Shown: positions 18,972 through 29,450 of the stretch, piece after piece
Numbering within the stretch: the stretch's first letter is position 1
Layout: every line of letters starts with the position of its first letter
Source: Escherichia coli
Lineage (GTDB): Bacteria > Pseudomonadota > Gammaproteobacteria > Enterobacterales > Enterobacteriaceae
DNA length: 64,000 nt
NCBI RefSeq assembly: GCF_024223415.1
Contig: NZ_CP100500.1
Strand: one strand, 5' to 3'
Position numbers and translations under genes: made by a program
Notes under the pieces: model-generated
The model's database searches: none
What the model saw: the letters and a program-made list of their open reading frames with translations, nothing else
Told to the model about the DNA's origin: nothing

Positions 18972-20398
18972 CAGTTGCCCCCTTTCAGGGTTAACAGGTA
19001 TTCCGAGGTGATCTCAGTCTCATACGTCAGTCGCTCCAGCGGTGGCGGCGGCGTGTATTTGTAGCTCAGCAACAGGTGACCGGCTGCCAGTTCCGTCTCC
19101 GGATTACGGGCCGGATCAAACCAGCAGTTGAAACCCAGCAGCGCACCATCACTAATCATCTTTCGACCGTAGGCGTTGACCGACTCCGTCAGTGCATCAA
19201 TCAGCGCCTGAGTAATCGGCATGTCGATGTACTGCTGACTGAAGTAACGAATGGACTCGTTGATCACATCACCGGTGCGGCGAACGTTCTCAAAGTTACG
19301 CATATGGGTGACCGTTGGCCATGCTGCCGTCCGGTTACCCCACAGACGAAGGCCGCTGCCATAACTGCTGAATACCGTGGTGATCCCCTGTTCGTTAAGC
19401 AGGTTCACCTCACTCTGCGGGTCATCAATCATCGCGGACAGCTGGCGCTCCACACCGGTGATCCCCAGAATCTCCTGATTGGAGGACGACCACCAGTAGC
19501 CCTTGTCCAGATCGACTCTGGCACGCAGACCTGCTGCACGCTGGCTGAGCGGCTCCAGACGCTCCGTGTTTGTCACCGGGTCATATACCTTCACATGCGG
19601 ATAGCACAGACGGACGCGGTCGGAGCTGGTATTGAAGTTAATGGTGCCTTCCGGGCCACGACCTGCCAGAGCCTGTGCAAAGGTGGTACCGACAGGCGCA
19701 TCAATGTAGGTTACCGCGCCCAGCTTCTCTGTCATGGCGATAAGCTCAACTGCGACACTCTTCTGGGTGCAGAACACCGGCGCAATCAGAATTTTGGCAA
19801 AATAGCCGTACAGGTTGAAGCTGTCGTTAAGCAGCTTCATGCCGGTTCGGTTTCCGGCGCTGTTCACCCCGCCGATGATGTCCGCCGCAGTCACCTTCGA
19901 CGGGTCCGCGTACTCATAGCTCACCTTCACGCTGCCACTGGCCTCAATAGCCTTGCCCAGGTTCGTGAGCACACCCGTCTGCGCATCAACACGGTAGTCC
20001 GTGTTCGCCGTGTGGGTGGTGCTGCCTTCACTGTTTTTCACCACCACATTAGCGACAACCGGATGCGCCAGTCTGGCCTGCCCTGTCGATTTGTCAAAGG
20101 TAACCACTTCACCCTGGATCGCCGTTTTATGTTTCGCCGGGTCGAGGACGTTAATGACCAGAACGGTGCCTGCACCATGGTCATAAATCGCATCCAGCGC
20201 CTGCGGAATGGTAAAGCCGGTGAACTGGCTGCCAAATGCCGCTGCGTCTTTCTCAGACAGGCACTGTACCAGCGTATTGACGTCCCCCATCGGGGCGGTA
20301 CCAATCAGGCCAATAACGGCAGATTTCACCGTTTTAACCGGGCGGGCTCCGTTTTCCACCTCAATGGTTTCGACGCCATGCAGATAGTTAGCTGCCAT
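18971..20398 (-). CDS. tail sheath protein (Mu L-like)
   Basis: 475 aa contractile sheath family. Confidence 0.85.
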   Translation of the reverse strand: MAANYLHGVETIEVENGARPVKTVKSAVIGLIGTAPMGDVNTLVQCLSEKDAAAFGSQFTGFTIPQALDAIYDHGAGTVLVINVLDPAKHKTAIQGEVVTFDKSTGQARLAHPVVANVVVKNSEGSTTHTANTDYRVDAQTGVLTNLGKAIEASGSVKVSYEYADPSKVTAADIIGGVNSAGNRTGMKLLNDSFNLYGYFAKILIAPVFCTQKSVAVELIAMTEKLGAVTYIDAPVGTTFAQALAGRGPEGTINFNTSSDRVRLCYPHVKVYDPVTNTERLEPLSQRAAGLRARVDLDKGYWWSSSNQEILGITGVERQLSAMIDDPQSEVNLLNEQGITTVFSSYGSGLRLWGNRTAAWPTVTHMRNFENVRRTGDVINESIRYFSQQYIDMPITQALIDALTESVNAYGRKMISDGALLGFNCWFDPARNPETELAAGHLLLSYKYTPPPPLERLTYETEITSEYLLTLKGGN

Positions 20399-20642
20399 GG
20401 GAGTCCTCCGTTTTCACTTCGCTGTCACTGCTGCTTCTGCGCTTTGGTGACTGCACAGCCGGTGCGCCGGCGGGTTTAGTCTCTTCTGGTACCGGCGTCA
20501 GGTGCTTCAGTGCCACCAGTACCTTCACATAGTCATGCTCCTCCGGCAGGGAAACAGTCTTCCCCGGCCAGAGCAGGATTTCGGTTCCGTCCGACAGCGT
20601 GACGCCGCTGGCCGGGCCGGAATAGCGGTATGCTTTCATCAC
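20388..20642 (-). CDS. small Mu-like virion protein
   Basis: 84-aa ORF directly upstream of the sheath gene. Confidence 0.55.
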   Translation of the reverse strand: MMKAYRYSGPASGVTLSDGTEILLWPGKTVSLPEEHDYVKVLVALKHLTPVPEETKPAGAPAVQSPKRRSSSDSEVKTEDSHGS

Positions 20643-21103
20643 TCGCTTTCCTCATAGTTCACTTCGGTTAACAGCGGGCCGGACGGTAAATCGCTGTCTT
20701 CGATAAAGACGCTTTCAGTCGCGAAGTCGAGGGCGTATTGCCACAGCCCCCTGACTTCACCGATAAACACCTCGCGGGTCAGCCAGATACGACGGCGGCA
20801 GCCGGGCGGGGTGTAGCCACCGAGAATGCGGCGGACAGCATCCAGGACATTAATCGCCCCTTTTTTACCGTTGAGCTGGCGGAAGACCACCGTGACGCAG
20901 AGCTGGATAGTCTGAGGCTGGATCACCGCACCGGTATCATCCGGCCTGTCAAAGCGCGAACCGGCATAGCTCAGCAGCAACGCGCCAACCGGATGGTTCA
21001 GGCGATATTCAGCCGGTTTCTCCGGGAAGTACTCCACCTGCAGTTGCGGCAGCTTCTCGCGTAACCGGGCCAGTACCGCATCAAGGACGGGCAGAACGTT
21101 CAT
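20639..21103 (-). CDS. Mu gp37-like head-tail joining protein
   Basis: 154 aa; conserved position. Confidence 0.6.
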   Translation of the reverse strand: MNVLPVLDAVLARLREKLPQLQVEYFPEKPAEYRLNHPVGALLLSYAGSRFDRPDDTGAVIQPQTIQLCVTVVFRQLNGKKGAINVLDAVRRILGGYTPPGCRRRIWLTREVFIGEVRGLWQYALDFATESVFIEDSDLPSGPLLTEVNYEESE

Positions 21104-21549
21104 CAGTATTTCTCCAGTAAACCGTCACGACCGCCGAAAGTGGCCGGGCGACTGCGTACACGAAACTCTCCTGGCTCAGGCACATCTTTCTGAGTGGACG
21201 GCAGCCCCAGCGTGAGCCTGTTATCACGTAACTCCCTGAGTTGCCGCAGCGCTTCTTTGTGGTCATCCTTCACCGTATCCGGGAGGTCACCTTCCGGGCG
21301 GCGGGCGTAGAGCCGGTAACGGACCAGCGTGATGGCAATGTCCCGCAGAACGGTCGGTATCTCCGCCAGCGGCAGGATATAGCGTCCGCGCAGATGGGCA
21401 TCAATCAGCTCGTCGGCATAGCGGATACAGCTGTCCACCACACGGGTATTCACTGTTGCAGGCGAGTCGAAGTCCATATCTTCACTGGTGAGCTCGATCA
21501 GCGTTCGTTCCGGCACCTGCGCAAGCAAATCCTCCAGGGTGCAGTACAT
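21103..21549 (-). CDS. Mu gp36-like protein
   Basis: Start set at ATG 21549 (MYCTLEDLL...), immediately after the stop of the upstream gene. Confidence 0.6.
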   Translation of the reverse strand: MYCTLEDLLAQVPERTLIELTSEDMDFDSPATVNTRVVDSCIRYADELIDAHLRGRYILPLAEIPTVLRDIAITLVRYRLYARRPEGDLPDTVKDDHKEALRQLRELRDNRLTLGLPSTQKDVPEPGEFRVRSRPATFGGRDGLLEKY

Positions 21550-21550
21550 C

Positions 21551-21886
21551 TCACACCCCGCGCAGGATACGGATGATGTCGCCTTCGGCCTTTGCCTCAT
21601 CCAGTGCAATGCCACAGGATTTACCACTGTCAGCCTGAGGAACAGCCCTTGATTTGGCATCAGACTGTACCAGTGCCCCTCTGGAAACTGCCGCTCCCGT
21701 TTCAACTGCAAGGATCCCAGTCACACTCACCGGGGTCAGATCACCTGCACGGGCATCCACCTGGGCGACACCGACGGCAACGGCACCCTGCTTACATGCG
21801 CCGTTATCTGCTCCCACAAACCTCTGCTGAGTAAGTGCAGTACTGGCTGTGACTGTCATGGTCAGAGTGACCTGCTGTGTAGTCAT
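21551..21886 (-). CDS. small Ala/Val-rich head-associated protein
   Basis: 111-aa ORF between major head and gp36-like genes. Confidence 0.5.
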   Translation of the reverse strand: MTTQQVTLTMTVTASTALTQQRFVGADNGACKQGAVAVGVAQVDARAGDLTPVSVTGILAVETGAAVSRGALVQSDAKSRAVPQADSGKSCGIALDEAKAEGDIIRILRGV

Positions 21887-21896
21887 AGACTTCTCC

Positions 21897-22850
21897 TTAC
21901 TTCACTATATTTGTAACGAGATAACCGGCATCCCCGCCCACGACCGCCACCTTATAGATGTCGGTATAACGGCAGTACTTCACCTTTCCGCCCACTCCAT
22001 CGTATTTATCTGCCACCGGCATCCCCTTACGTCGCAGGGTATACCCGAACGATGGTTCATTTTCGTCGGCACTTTCGGCACCTTCTCGCGGTGGAGTGAC
22101 ATAGAAGAGCATGAGATTATCTCCCCAGATGTCCACCGGATATTTGTTCCGGTTGCCTGCATCAGTCATGGATGCCATGGAAACAGGCTCACCCACAATG
22201 ACCTTGTCCAGACCAAAAAGCTCCCTGAGGATTTGCGGGGTGATCCGTTTTCTCTCATTAAGTCCCAGAGCAGTGGTGATGGCTGGATGATATCTCAGCA
22301 GGGGCATCACACTGGCTCCCATGACCATCAGATTGGGTCTGACCCCGATCTTACTTCGCACAGCTTCAATGCCTCCCTCAATGACCTCAACAGGATCACC
22401 ATGGCCTCCTTCCCAGCGTTCAACAGACGTCATCGTCTTTACCGAAGATGCCGGGTACACTTTTTTGTCCTGCGCAAGACGGGCAGCAATAAGCTCACGG
22501 CGAAGATGAATGCCATTTGTCACCCGCCGGATTGCCTTGGCCTCTTCGTTGAACATTGACTCCGTCTGTTCACGGTAGTCCACAGGTGCAGCAAGATCGT
22601 GCTCATGCAACACCAGATCCAGCGTACTGCTCTTTTCCCTGATCAGAACATTACTGTCTGCCCCCACAGCACGGACGGTATCAACTTCCACAAACGCTGA
22701 TCTCCCGAAAACGGGGACCGTTACCGCTTCTTTGTCCGTATACACAACCGGAAATATATGTTCTCCGATGAAGGCTGCATTCCTGTAGCCACGCGCGATG
22801 CTGGTCATAACAGGATCAACAACGCGTTTACTTTTTAAGTAATCAGACAT
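21897..22850 (-). CDS. major head subunit (Mu T-like)
   Basis: 317 aa; Mu-type major capsid protein sequence. Confidence 0.85.
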   Translation of the reverse strand: MSDYLKSKRVVDPVMTSIARGYRNAAFIGEHIFPVVYTDKEAVTVPVFGRSAFVEVDTVRAVGADSNVLIREKSSTLDLVLHEHDLAAPVDYREQTESMFNEEAKAIRRVTNGIHLRRELIAARLAQDKKVYPASSVKTMTSVERWEGGHGDPVEVIEGGIEAVRSKIGVRPNLMVMGASVMPLLRYHPAITTALGLNERKRITPQILRELFGLDKVIVGEPVSMASMTDAGNRNKYPVDIWGDNLMLFYVTPPREGAESADENEPSFGYTLRRKGMPVADKYDGVGGKVKYCRYTDIYKVAVVGGDAGYLVTNIVK

Positions 22851-22859
22851 GCTTTCTCC

Positions 22860-23975
22860 TTACAGGCAGCGTGTGACAGCAGCCTCATAGCTGATGCCTT
22901 CTTTTTTCGACAGTTCCACAGCCTTCTGGTGCAGTGCCAGACGGTCAGGGTCGGCTTCTGCAAACTCCGTCACATCCACTTTCACCGTGTCGCCGACACG
23001 CTCCTTCGTGGCCTGTTCGGCGAAGTTCATCACCGGCTCCCCGTCGGAGAGCAGCGAACGGAAGGCGGTGGCCAGCGGTGTGCGGCTTTCCCCCTCAGCA
23101 AACTCCACCGGCTTGTCGCCACCGGCGACGGCATCCAGCAGGGCAACCACCACGGAGGAGGCGCGGGGAGCCAGACGGCCCTCTGCGACCAGTTTTTCTG
23201 CAAAGGCCACATTGTCCTTATGCAGTTGCTCCTGTCTGACCTGTGCATCACGCGCATCGCGATCAGCAGCCTGCTGCTTCAGGCGGCGGTTCTCCGCCTG
23301 AAGGGCTTCAATCTCTTCTTTTGTCATCGATGATTCCTCGTTACTTGCGGAAGACGGCACCTGGCCTGTCTCACTGAATTGCGCACCTGCTGCATCCTGC
23401 GACGGTGTGTCGCGGTACGCCTCTTCGCGCAGACTGTTGAGCTGCCATTCCGGCAGAACTTTTTCTGCTTCGTCCAGACTGAAGCGGGCGATCAGAAAAT
23501 CGCGCAGCTTTCCCCACAGTGAGGCATTCGTGATGGCCTGCCAGTCGGCGAACTCCACCACACCTTCTTCCTGCTCACTGAAGGAGACCTGTTTCAGCCC
23601 CTTGACGGAAGGTGGCTGTGCCCCGAGAAAGCCCACATGGCGCAGGTAGAGCACGCCGGGCTTCGGATTGGACGGTGAATCCGGGAGGTAGAAAGAGGCA
23701 GACACTTTTTTGAATCGTCCGTCGGTGACCATCTCAGCAAACTGCGGGTCCAGCTGGGCAGGCTCTGCCATCAGATCGACGCCGCTGAGCGACAGGGCTT
23801 TCACCCAGCCCCACGCCGGGTCTTCCGTTCTGGGATGACCAATCACGAGTGGTGCTTCATGGACGGACGGGTCATAGGCTTTCACGCAGGCGGCAAGATC
23901 GTCTGGCGTGAACGGCAGTTTTTTGCCGTGCATATCGGTATGAGTACCGGCTTTAAAAATGTGAATGGCTGACAT
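22860..23975 (-). CDS. head maturation protease / scaffold (Mu I-like)
   Basis: 371 aa; protease N-domain plus coiled-coil, acidic C-terminal scaffold region. Confidence 0.8.
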   Translation of the reverse strand: MSAIHIFKAGTHTDMHGKKLPFTPDDLAACVKAYDPSVHEAPLVIGHPRTEDPAWGWVKALSLSGVDLMAEPAQLDPQFAEMVTDGRFKKVSASFYLPDSPSNPKPGVLYLRHVGFLGAQPPSVKGLKQVSFSEQEEGVVEFADWQAITNASLWGKLRDFLIARFSLDEAEKVLPEWQLNSLREEAYRDTPSQDAAGAQFSETGQVPSSASNEESSMTKEEIEALQAENRRLKQQAADRDARDAQVRQEQLHKDNVAFAEKLVAEGRLAPRASSVVVALLDAVAGGDKPVEFAEGESRTPLATAFRSLLSDGEPVMNFAEQATKERVGDTVKVDVTEFAEADPDRLALHQKAVELSKKEGISYEAAVTRCL

Positions 23976-24189
23976 TTTGCTGTCCCGCGTTATGTTGTCG
24001 GAGACAGTTTGTGAGAAATGCGGGCCCGGCGATTTTAATCTGCTTTAGAAAACATCAGGGGAGAAGGACAGGGAAAGCAATGTGGTGAACCGGAGGCAGT
24101 TATAAAACAGAGGCTGTAAAGCCTTTATAAAGGTAATACAGCCCCTCATTCGCTGGCAATGATAAATCACCCGCCTGAAGAGAGAAAAC

Positions 24190-24648
24190 TCAGCGACGGG
24201 CCGCTGATTCAAGATGGCGGACAATGGTATCGAGGATGGGGATTACCACTTCAGGCTGTAGTTCTCCATCCCCCGTCACCGGCAGGAACGGGCGGGCCGG
24301 AAGTTCAACAGACTCATTACGCCCCGTTTTACCCCCGAACTGGTGAATGGCACCGTAAACAACGTTGGTCCCCACAACCGCCTGCCGGTCGTCATGGTCG
24401 GTTGATACTGACCCCATCAGACGCCCGGTATCCTGCAGTGTCTGTCCGTCACGTTCTTCCGCTGCCAGCGAGGGCATCCACCCCGGACGCCCCTCATCAA
24501 GAAAGTTAAACTGTGTTTCCGCCAGCAGGGTTCCGGCGATTTTGCGCATCGCGGGCTCCATGTCTGTGGCAGCCAGATCCAGCGCACGGAGGCTCCGGCG
24601 CAGGGATTTATCATTAATGGTGATACTGACCAGGTTATCGGAAGCCAT
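24190..24648 (-). CDS. virion morphogenesis protein (Mu G-like)
   Basis: 152 aa; position between F and I. Confidence 0.7.
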   Translation of the reverse strand: MASDNLVSITINDKSLRRSLRALDLAATDMEPAMRKIAGTLLAETQFNFLDEGRPGWMPSLAAEERDGQTLQDTGRLMGSVSTDHDDRQAVVGTNVVYGAIHQFGGKTGRNESVELPARPFLPVTGDGELQPEVVIPILDTIVRHLESAARR

Positions 24649-24650
24649 TG

Positions 24651-25472
24651 TTATCCTCTCAGTTCCTGTTGTGCCAGTGTCTGAAGCGTACCCTGATAGC
24701 GGGCCAGGTCGGGACGGTATGCTGCCCCCGGTGCATAAGACCAGCCGACGTCGGTGGTCACCTTCGTGGTGCCGGTATTAAAGGTGGCCACGTTCCGCAT
24801 TTCGCCGGTTTTCTCTGAGACCAGTTTCAGTTCCTGGCCCATGGCAGAGCCGGAGCTGATAACCTTCAGGCCACGGGCACGTACATCCGCCGCACTCAGG
24901 GCAATTACACTACAGCGGCAGCGCCAGCCGTTCGGCGGGTAAAATGCCTGCCAGAACGGGTCATCCCAGCGCAGCACCAGACCATGCAGCGCCAGATGGC
25001 TCCTGCGGGTATGGCTGTCGTTGATGCCGGTATACATCCAGTACGGCCTGTCGTCGACGTTTTCCATCTGCTCCGCCCAACGACCGGCGCTGTAGAGTAC
25101 GGACATATTGGTGCGAAAGATGGTATCGAGCCGCCACGGACTGCCCTGCTGAATGGTGACCGGCTCACCCGTTACCGGGTCAGTCGTGTCACGCGGTCCC
25201 CACCATCCCCTGCGCTTCAGCGCCGGCTCCAGCTCCTGCCGGAACCAGCGATCGGTTTTTCCTTCATCAACAGCCTGCTGCAGTGTCCCGCGAATATCTT
25301 CCAGAATATCCAGGCGGGTCACTTTAGCGACGGTAAAGGCGCGGGCATGGGCTTCCTGCCACATTTCTTCCTGGTCCCAGGTAATCTGATACCCTTTGGA
25401 CTTCAGGTAGCTGACTGCCCGCTTCGGGGGAAGCGTCATGCAGTACGCCAGTTCAGCCGTTGTCACGCTCAT
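24651..25472 (-). CDS. minor head morphogenesis protein (Mu F-like)
   Basis: About 273 aa; start at ATG 25472 overlapping the portal gene end. Confidence 0.75.
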   Translation of the reverse strand: MSVTTAELAYCMTLPPKRAVSYLKSKGYQITWDQEEMWQEAHARAFTVAKVTRLDILEDIRGTLQQAVDEGKTDRWFRQELEPALKRRGWWGPRDTTDPVTGEPVTIQQGSPWRLDTIFRTNMSVLYSAGRWAEQMENVDDRPYWMYTGINDSHTRRSHLALHGLVLRWDDPFWQAFYPPNGWRCRCSVIALSAADVRARGLKVISSGSAMGQELKLVSEKTGEMRNVATFNTGTTKVTTDVGWSYAPGAAYRPDLARYQGTLQTLAQQELRG

Positions 25473-26949
25473 GCAGATGCCCCCAGATATTTGCCACAAA
25501 GAGAATGCGGGCCAGCCGCTCCTGCAGATCGTCCGTGTTCATCTGAGGGTAGAGCTCCGCCAGTTCGCCCAGCAGCTCAGACGGGTTAACCCCGTTTTCG
25601 ACCCGTCTGAACAGAGGTGCCAGGACGGGTTCCAGCGTGCCATTTAACACACCTCCGTTCATCAGAATGTCCAGCGCGTCGTCAAGCTGCTGCTGAGCCT
25701 GAATATCGGCATCAATCGCCTCGGCAAATGACAGCGGCAGCATGTTCTTCTCGCATTCTGACGGTGGTGTCTCGTCAATATCGCCGTCCTGCAGCTGGTA
25801 CTCACGCTTGAAGTATTGCGGGGTCAGACGCAGACCCGCCCGGGTGAGTTTTTCATCGCGGGTGGCACGGGTGTCATCAATGGCCTCCTGTTCCCACATG
25901 GCCCAGACCGGACACGGCACATCGCCGAAGTTCAGGGTGACCACCGTTCTTATGACCTGATTCACTGCCGCCTGAATGATGTCCGCATCCGCATCGCGGA
26001 TATCAGCCGTCACCTCCAGCCCGGCCTGTGCAGAGGCCTTGTTACTGTTCGCTTCCGTGGTCTGATTCTGACCGAGTAATGCAATGGAGATCTCACTGCG
26101 TGACAGTGTGATCAGCTCGCGGAATACCTCGCTGCTGTCCGCCTTGCCATCCGCTGCTTTGAGTTCGATGCTGCTGTCATCAGGGATGGCGGCCACCGCG
26201 TCCTCCACCATCTGCTCCATGGAGTCCAGCAGTTTTTCAATCTCTGCATCATTTGCACCCCTCGGGTGCTTACCGATGACCCAGGGGGAGCCAAACTTTT
26301 CGGCAAAGCGGAGCCAGAATTTCATCCCGCCTTTCTTGAAGGCGACCGGCCAGAAGCACATGGACAGGTCCGGGAAACCGTAAGGATTGTCATACGAGGC
26401 ATCCTGTGCCGGCACCACGAATTTTGACGGTGACAGCAGCTCACCCTCCACACCCGCATCACGAGCCCGGAAGCGCAGGCAGTTGTCCGTATCAAACTGA
26501 AACCACTCAGGCGGTTTGCCGACAATATCCGTCACCGTCCACGCCCTGACCGAACGGCCCCACATGATTTCACAGGGCTGATACCCGTAGAGCACGGCAT
26601 CGCTCATCTCACCGATGATGCGGGACAGATCCAGATCGTCGAGCATGTCGCGGATGAAACGGAAGACCCGGGCAGAAGCGTGACCGCGCTCCAGTCCACG
26701 CTCCAGTGATTTGAGCGCTGCTTTACGTCTGCGGATACAGCCCCCGACCAGCGGGTCGGTGCGCAGTTCGCGGTAGATACGGATATCCCGTCCCTGAGCC
26801 TTGAGAATGGGATCAGGATTGGGCAGATACATGCCCAGAGCGTAAAAATCAATGGCTCGACTGCGGGAGGCAATCTGCGCGGTCAGTGATTTTTTGGGTT
26901 CGGCGAACGCCACGAACTCATCGGGTGAAACCCAGATGCCTTTTGCCAT
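25453..26949 (-). CDS. portal protein (Mu H-like)
   Basis: 498 aa; follows the large terminase gene. Confidence 0.85.
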   Translation of the reverse strand: MAKGIWVSPDEFVAFAEPKKSLTAQIASRSRAIDFYALGMYLPNPDPILKAQGRDIRIYRELRTDPLVGGCIRRRKAALKSLERGLERGHASARVFRFIRDMLDDLDLSRIIGEMSDAVLYGYQPCEIMWGRSVRAWTVTDIVGKPPEWFQFDTDNCLRFRARDAGVEGELLSPSKFVVPAQDASYDNPYGFPDLSMCFWPVAFKKGGMKFWLRFAEKFGSPWVIGKHPRGANDAEIEKLLDSMEQMVEDAVAAIPDDSSIELKAADGKADSSEVFRELITLSRSEISIALLGQNQTTEANSNKASAQAGLEVTADIRDADADIIQAAVNQVIRTVVTLNFGDVPCPVWAMWEQEAIDDTRATRDEKLTRAGLRLTPQYFKREYQLQDGDIDETPPSECEKNMLPLSFAEAIDADIQAQQQLDDALDILMNGGVLNGTLEPVLAPLFRRVENGVNPSELLGELAELYPQMNTDDLQERLARILFVANIWGHLHERDNG

Positions 26950-28265
26950 CAGAATCCCTCCAGCATGCGGGCGGCTTCACGGCGGCGGCGCGAACGCGCC
27001 ACTACCGGCCCTGACGGTCCGTCAGTGGCGTTAATAGCCAGAAAACAGGCCCATGTACGGTCGGCGTGACCTGCTGCATCACTTTCCGCCACAAAGCGAG
27101 GCGCTCCGGTAGGTCCGGTGATCTTACGGAGCTTATGCAGATCACTGCGCAGTACCACATCTCCCGCGGGAATACGCAGGCGGCGGTCCTCAAACATCTC
27201 CCTGCCACGGGTCGCGAGGGTGAGCTTGTTCGGGCTGTTAAATATCACCCCCTCCACACGACTCCTGCCGTGGCGCTCCTGAGCATCTTCCACAGGCTTT
27301 TCCCCCATTCCTGTCTGATCCATACAGCAGCGCAGCACGCGATAACGGAAAAATACGTCATCCAGCAAAGCATCCTGCTCAGCAAAGGTGGCCCGTTTAC
27401 GGGTGATGATTTCCCGGGTCCAGTAGACATCCCCCACCTGTTCAAGCACCCAGATGACAAACAGGTCATTACGAACAGCAATATCCACCCCCACAAAGCA
27501 GGGGCCACCCGTATAGTGCACCGGCAGCCCGGCAGCATCGTGCTCCACGCCGTCAATCAGTTCAAACGTCAGCCAGGCCGATGCCTCATCCAGCCACTTC
27601 AGTTCAAACTCCTGTGCCCAGGCGTCATCATCGTTGAGCGCCTGTCGCATCTGTGCAATATCACGCGGAAGGCCGTCGCGCACGGCACGGTAAATATCCA
27701 CGATGTGACGTGACCAGACATTTTCAAGGGCGTTGCTGGTCATCAGTTCATAAAACTTGTTTCCCTTGCCGTTCGGCGTCGATGTCACACGCAGTCTGTA
27801 GCCGTTGGAAATGACCGGAAACAGAGCGGTCCAGATTTTGCGACTGTCGGCATGGAAGGCGAACTCATCCAGAAAGACGTTAGCCGCAAACCCACGGGCC
27901 GTGTCGGCATTGGCCGGCAGGGCCGTGATACGGGAGCCACCGGGTAACTCCACCTCAAGCATGGTATAGCGTTCGCCACTTTCGGCCCTGTAATAACTCT
28001 CCATTTCACGGGCTGCCATCCGGTAGGCGCTGCAGTGTTTTTTCACCCCCTCCACCATGGCTTCTTTTGCCTGGCGCTCCCCGCGCGAGAGGATCACCCA
28101 GCGTGTACGTCCCCCTGAGGCCTCCGTTTCAAAACAGTCATCAACCAGCTCCAGCGTGGTGGTGAACGTCTTGCCCGTCTGACGGGCAAACATACCAATC
28201 TTGAAACGGGCACGATCCAGAAACCACGACTGCTGATAGGGATACAGCTGAATGGCCGCTGTCAT
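26949..28265 (-). CDS. terminase large subunit
   Basis: 438 aa; Walker A-like ARQTGKT near the N-terminus, nuclease-like C-terminus. Confidence 0.8.
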   Translation of the reverse strand: MTAAIQLYPYQQSWFLDRARFKIGMFARQTGKTFTTTLELVDDCFETEASGGRTRWVILSRGERQAKEAMVEGVKKHCSAYRMAAREMESYYRAESGERYTMLEVELPGGSRITALPANADTARGFAANVFLDEFAFHADSRKIWTALFPVISNGYRLRVTSTPNGKGNKFYELMTSNALENVWSRHIVDIYRAVRDGLPRDIAQMRQALNDDDAWAQEFELKWLDEASAWLTFELIDGVEHDAAGLPVHYTGGPCFVGVDIAVRNDLFVIWVLEQVGDVYWTREIITRKRATFAEQDALLDDVFFRYRVLRCCMDQTGMGEKPVEDAQERHGRSRVEGVIFNSPNKLTLATRGREMFEDRRLRIPAGDVVLRSDLHKLRKITGPTGAPRFVAESDAAGHADRTWACFLAINATDGPSGPVVARSRRRREAARMLEGF

Positions 28266-28816
28266 GAGATCACCCCGTAAATCTGTTCCCGCACCATCTT
28301 CAGGGTTTCCAGACTCAGGCGGGTGTCGCCGGACTTCGCCTGTTTTTCCAGAGCATTCATCCGTGCCTCAATTTTTGCCAGCACCTCGGCCCGGAATCGC
28401 TTGTGGGTCACCGAAGCACGGACAAGAGTGGCTATGCTTTCCGAAGCAGTGGCCAGCAGTTTTGCGCGTTTTGCAGGATCATCACTTTCTCCGATTTCCT
28501 GCAGACGCATCAGAACATCCAGCATCTCGGTCTGAATCAATGCCATCATCCCGGCAGAACGATCGTCCGCCTCGTCACCGGCTTCCTGCGCCATCAGACG
28601 CGCGGCCTCGGTGGCGGCGCGGATGCGGGCCAGTTGTCGCTCCATTTTGTACCCGAACCGCTGCAGGGAGGAACGGGTGATGACGTATCCCTTCTCCTTC
28701 AGCAGGGCTTCCAGCCGGGCGTAGCCGCTGAAGTTATTCTCCGTCAGGGCTCGCTCCAGCCAGCGGCTCACCTCTGTCGGGAGGGTATCAATGCTGCTGC
28801 GACGTCCCATAATCAC
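28262..28816 (-). CDS. Mu gp27-like protein (terminase small subunit candidate)
   Basis: 184 aa; overlaps the large terminase start. Confidence 0.65.
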   Translation of the reverse strand: MIMGRRSSIDTLPTEVSRWLERALTENNFSGYARLEALLKEKGYVITRSSLQRFGYKMERQLARIRAATEAARLMAQEAGDEADDRSAGMMALIQTEMLDVLMRLQEIGESDDPAKRAKLLATASESIATLVRASVTHKRFRAEVLAKIEARMNALEKQAKSGDTRLSLETLKMVREQIYGVIS

Positions 28817-29124
28817 TCACTCCAGTACTTTTCCGGGCGGGCAATACCCGGGCCGCATTCCACGGTGTATTCCACAATATCCACACCAAGGCGACTCAGA
28901 TCGGCAAACCAGTCACCGGAAGGTCTCTTCTCCAGCTCCACCATTTTGCGATCTGCCAGATAATCAAGCTCCCGGCGCAGCTCCAGTTGCGTGGTGTCCG
29001 GGTAGATGGCGCGGGACACTTCCAGCAGCAACGTCTCGCTGGCGGTGTAAGGGCGGGTTTTGTTAAGGGCAACCAGCAGACTCCAGCGCAGGGATTCACG
29101 GCGTACCCGGGTAATATCGACCAT
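28813..29124 (-). CDS. hypothetical phage protein
   Basis: 103-aa ORF in the operon, overlapping stop/start codons. Confidence 0.5.
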   Translation of the reverse strand: MVDITRVRRESLRWSLLVALNKTRPYTASETLLLEVSRAIYPDTTQLELRRELDYLADRKMVELEKRPSGDWFADLSRLGVDIVEYTVECGPGIARPEKYWSE

Positions 29125-29450
29125 TATTGACCTCCGGTATTGCGGTACTGCTGTACCACTTCCAGTTTGTTGTAAAGCGCGTCCAGTTTGGCCTCGATGA
29201 CTGTCTGGCCACGGATATAATCCTCGCGACGGACATAATTCAGCGGTAAATCCGCTTTAAATCGCATCAATTCTTTTTCCAGCTCGCCCCAACTGGAGGC
29301 GGACTGCTGCAGTGACTGCTCAAGAGAGGCAAAACGTGCAGCCTGACGTTCCTCCGCTTTACTGAACAGCCATTTGGCCATACCGCCAACAAAGCTCATG
29401 AAGGTGATGAGAAAGCCCACCACCGTCCAGAATTCAACCTGCAGTGTCAT
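29124..29450 (-). CDS. membrane protein with N-terminal TM helix (Mu gp25-like)
   Basis: 108 aa; hydrophobic N-terminus then charged coiled-coil. Confidence 0.55.
   Translation of the reverse strand: MTLQVEFWTVVGFLITFMSFVGGMAKWLFSKAEERQAARFASLEQSLQQSASSWGELEKELMRFKADLPLNYVRREDYIRGQTVIEAKLDALYNKLEVVQQYRNTGGQ

Noticed and set aside
19076-20479. 467-aa plus-strand ORF
   Set aside because: Antisense to the tail sheath gene; GC-rich shadow ORF with no RBS or family resemblance.
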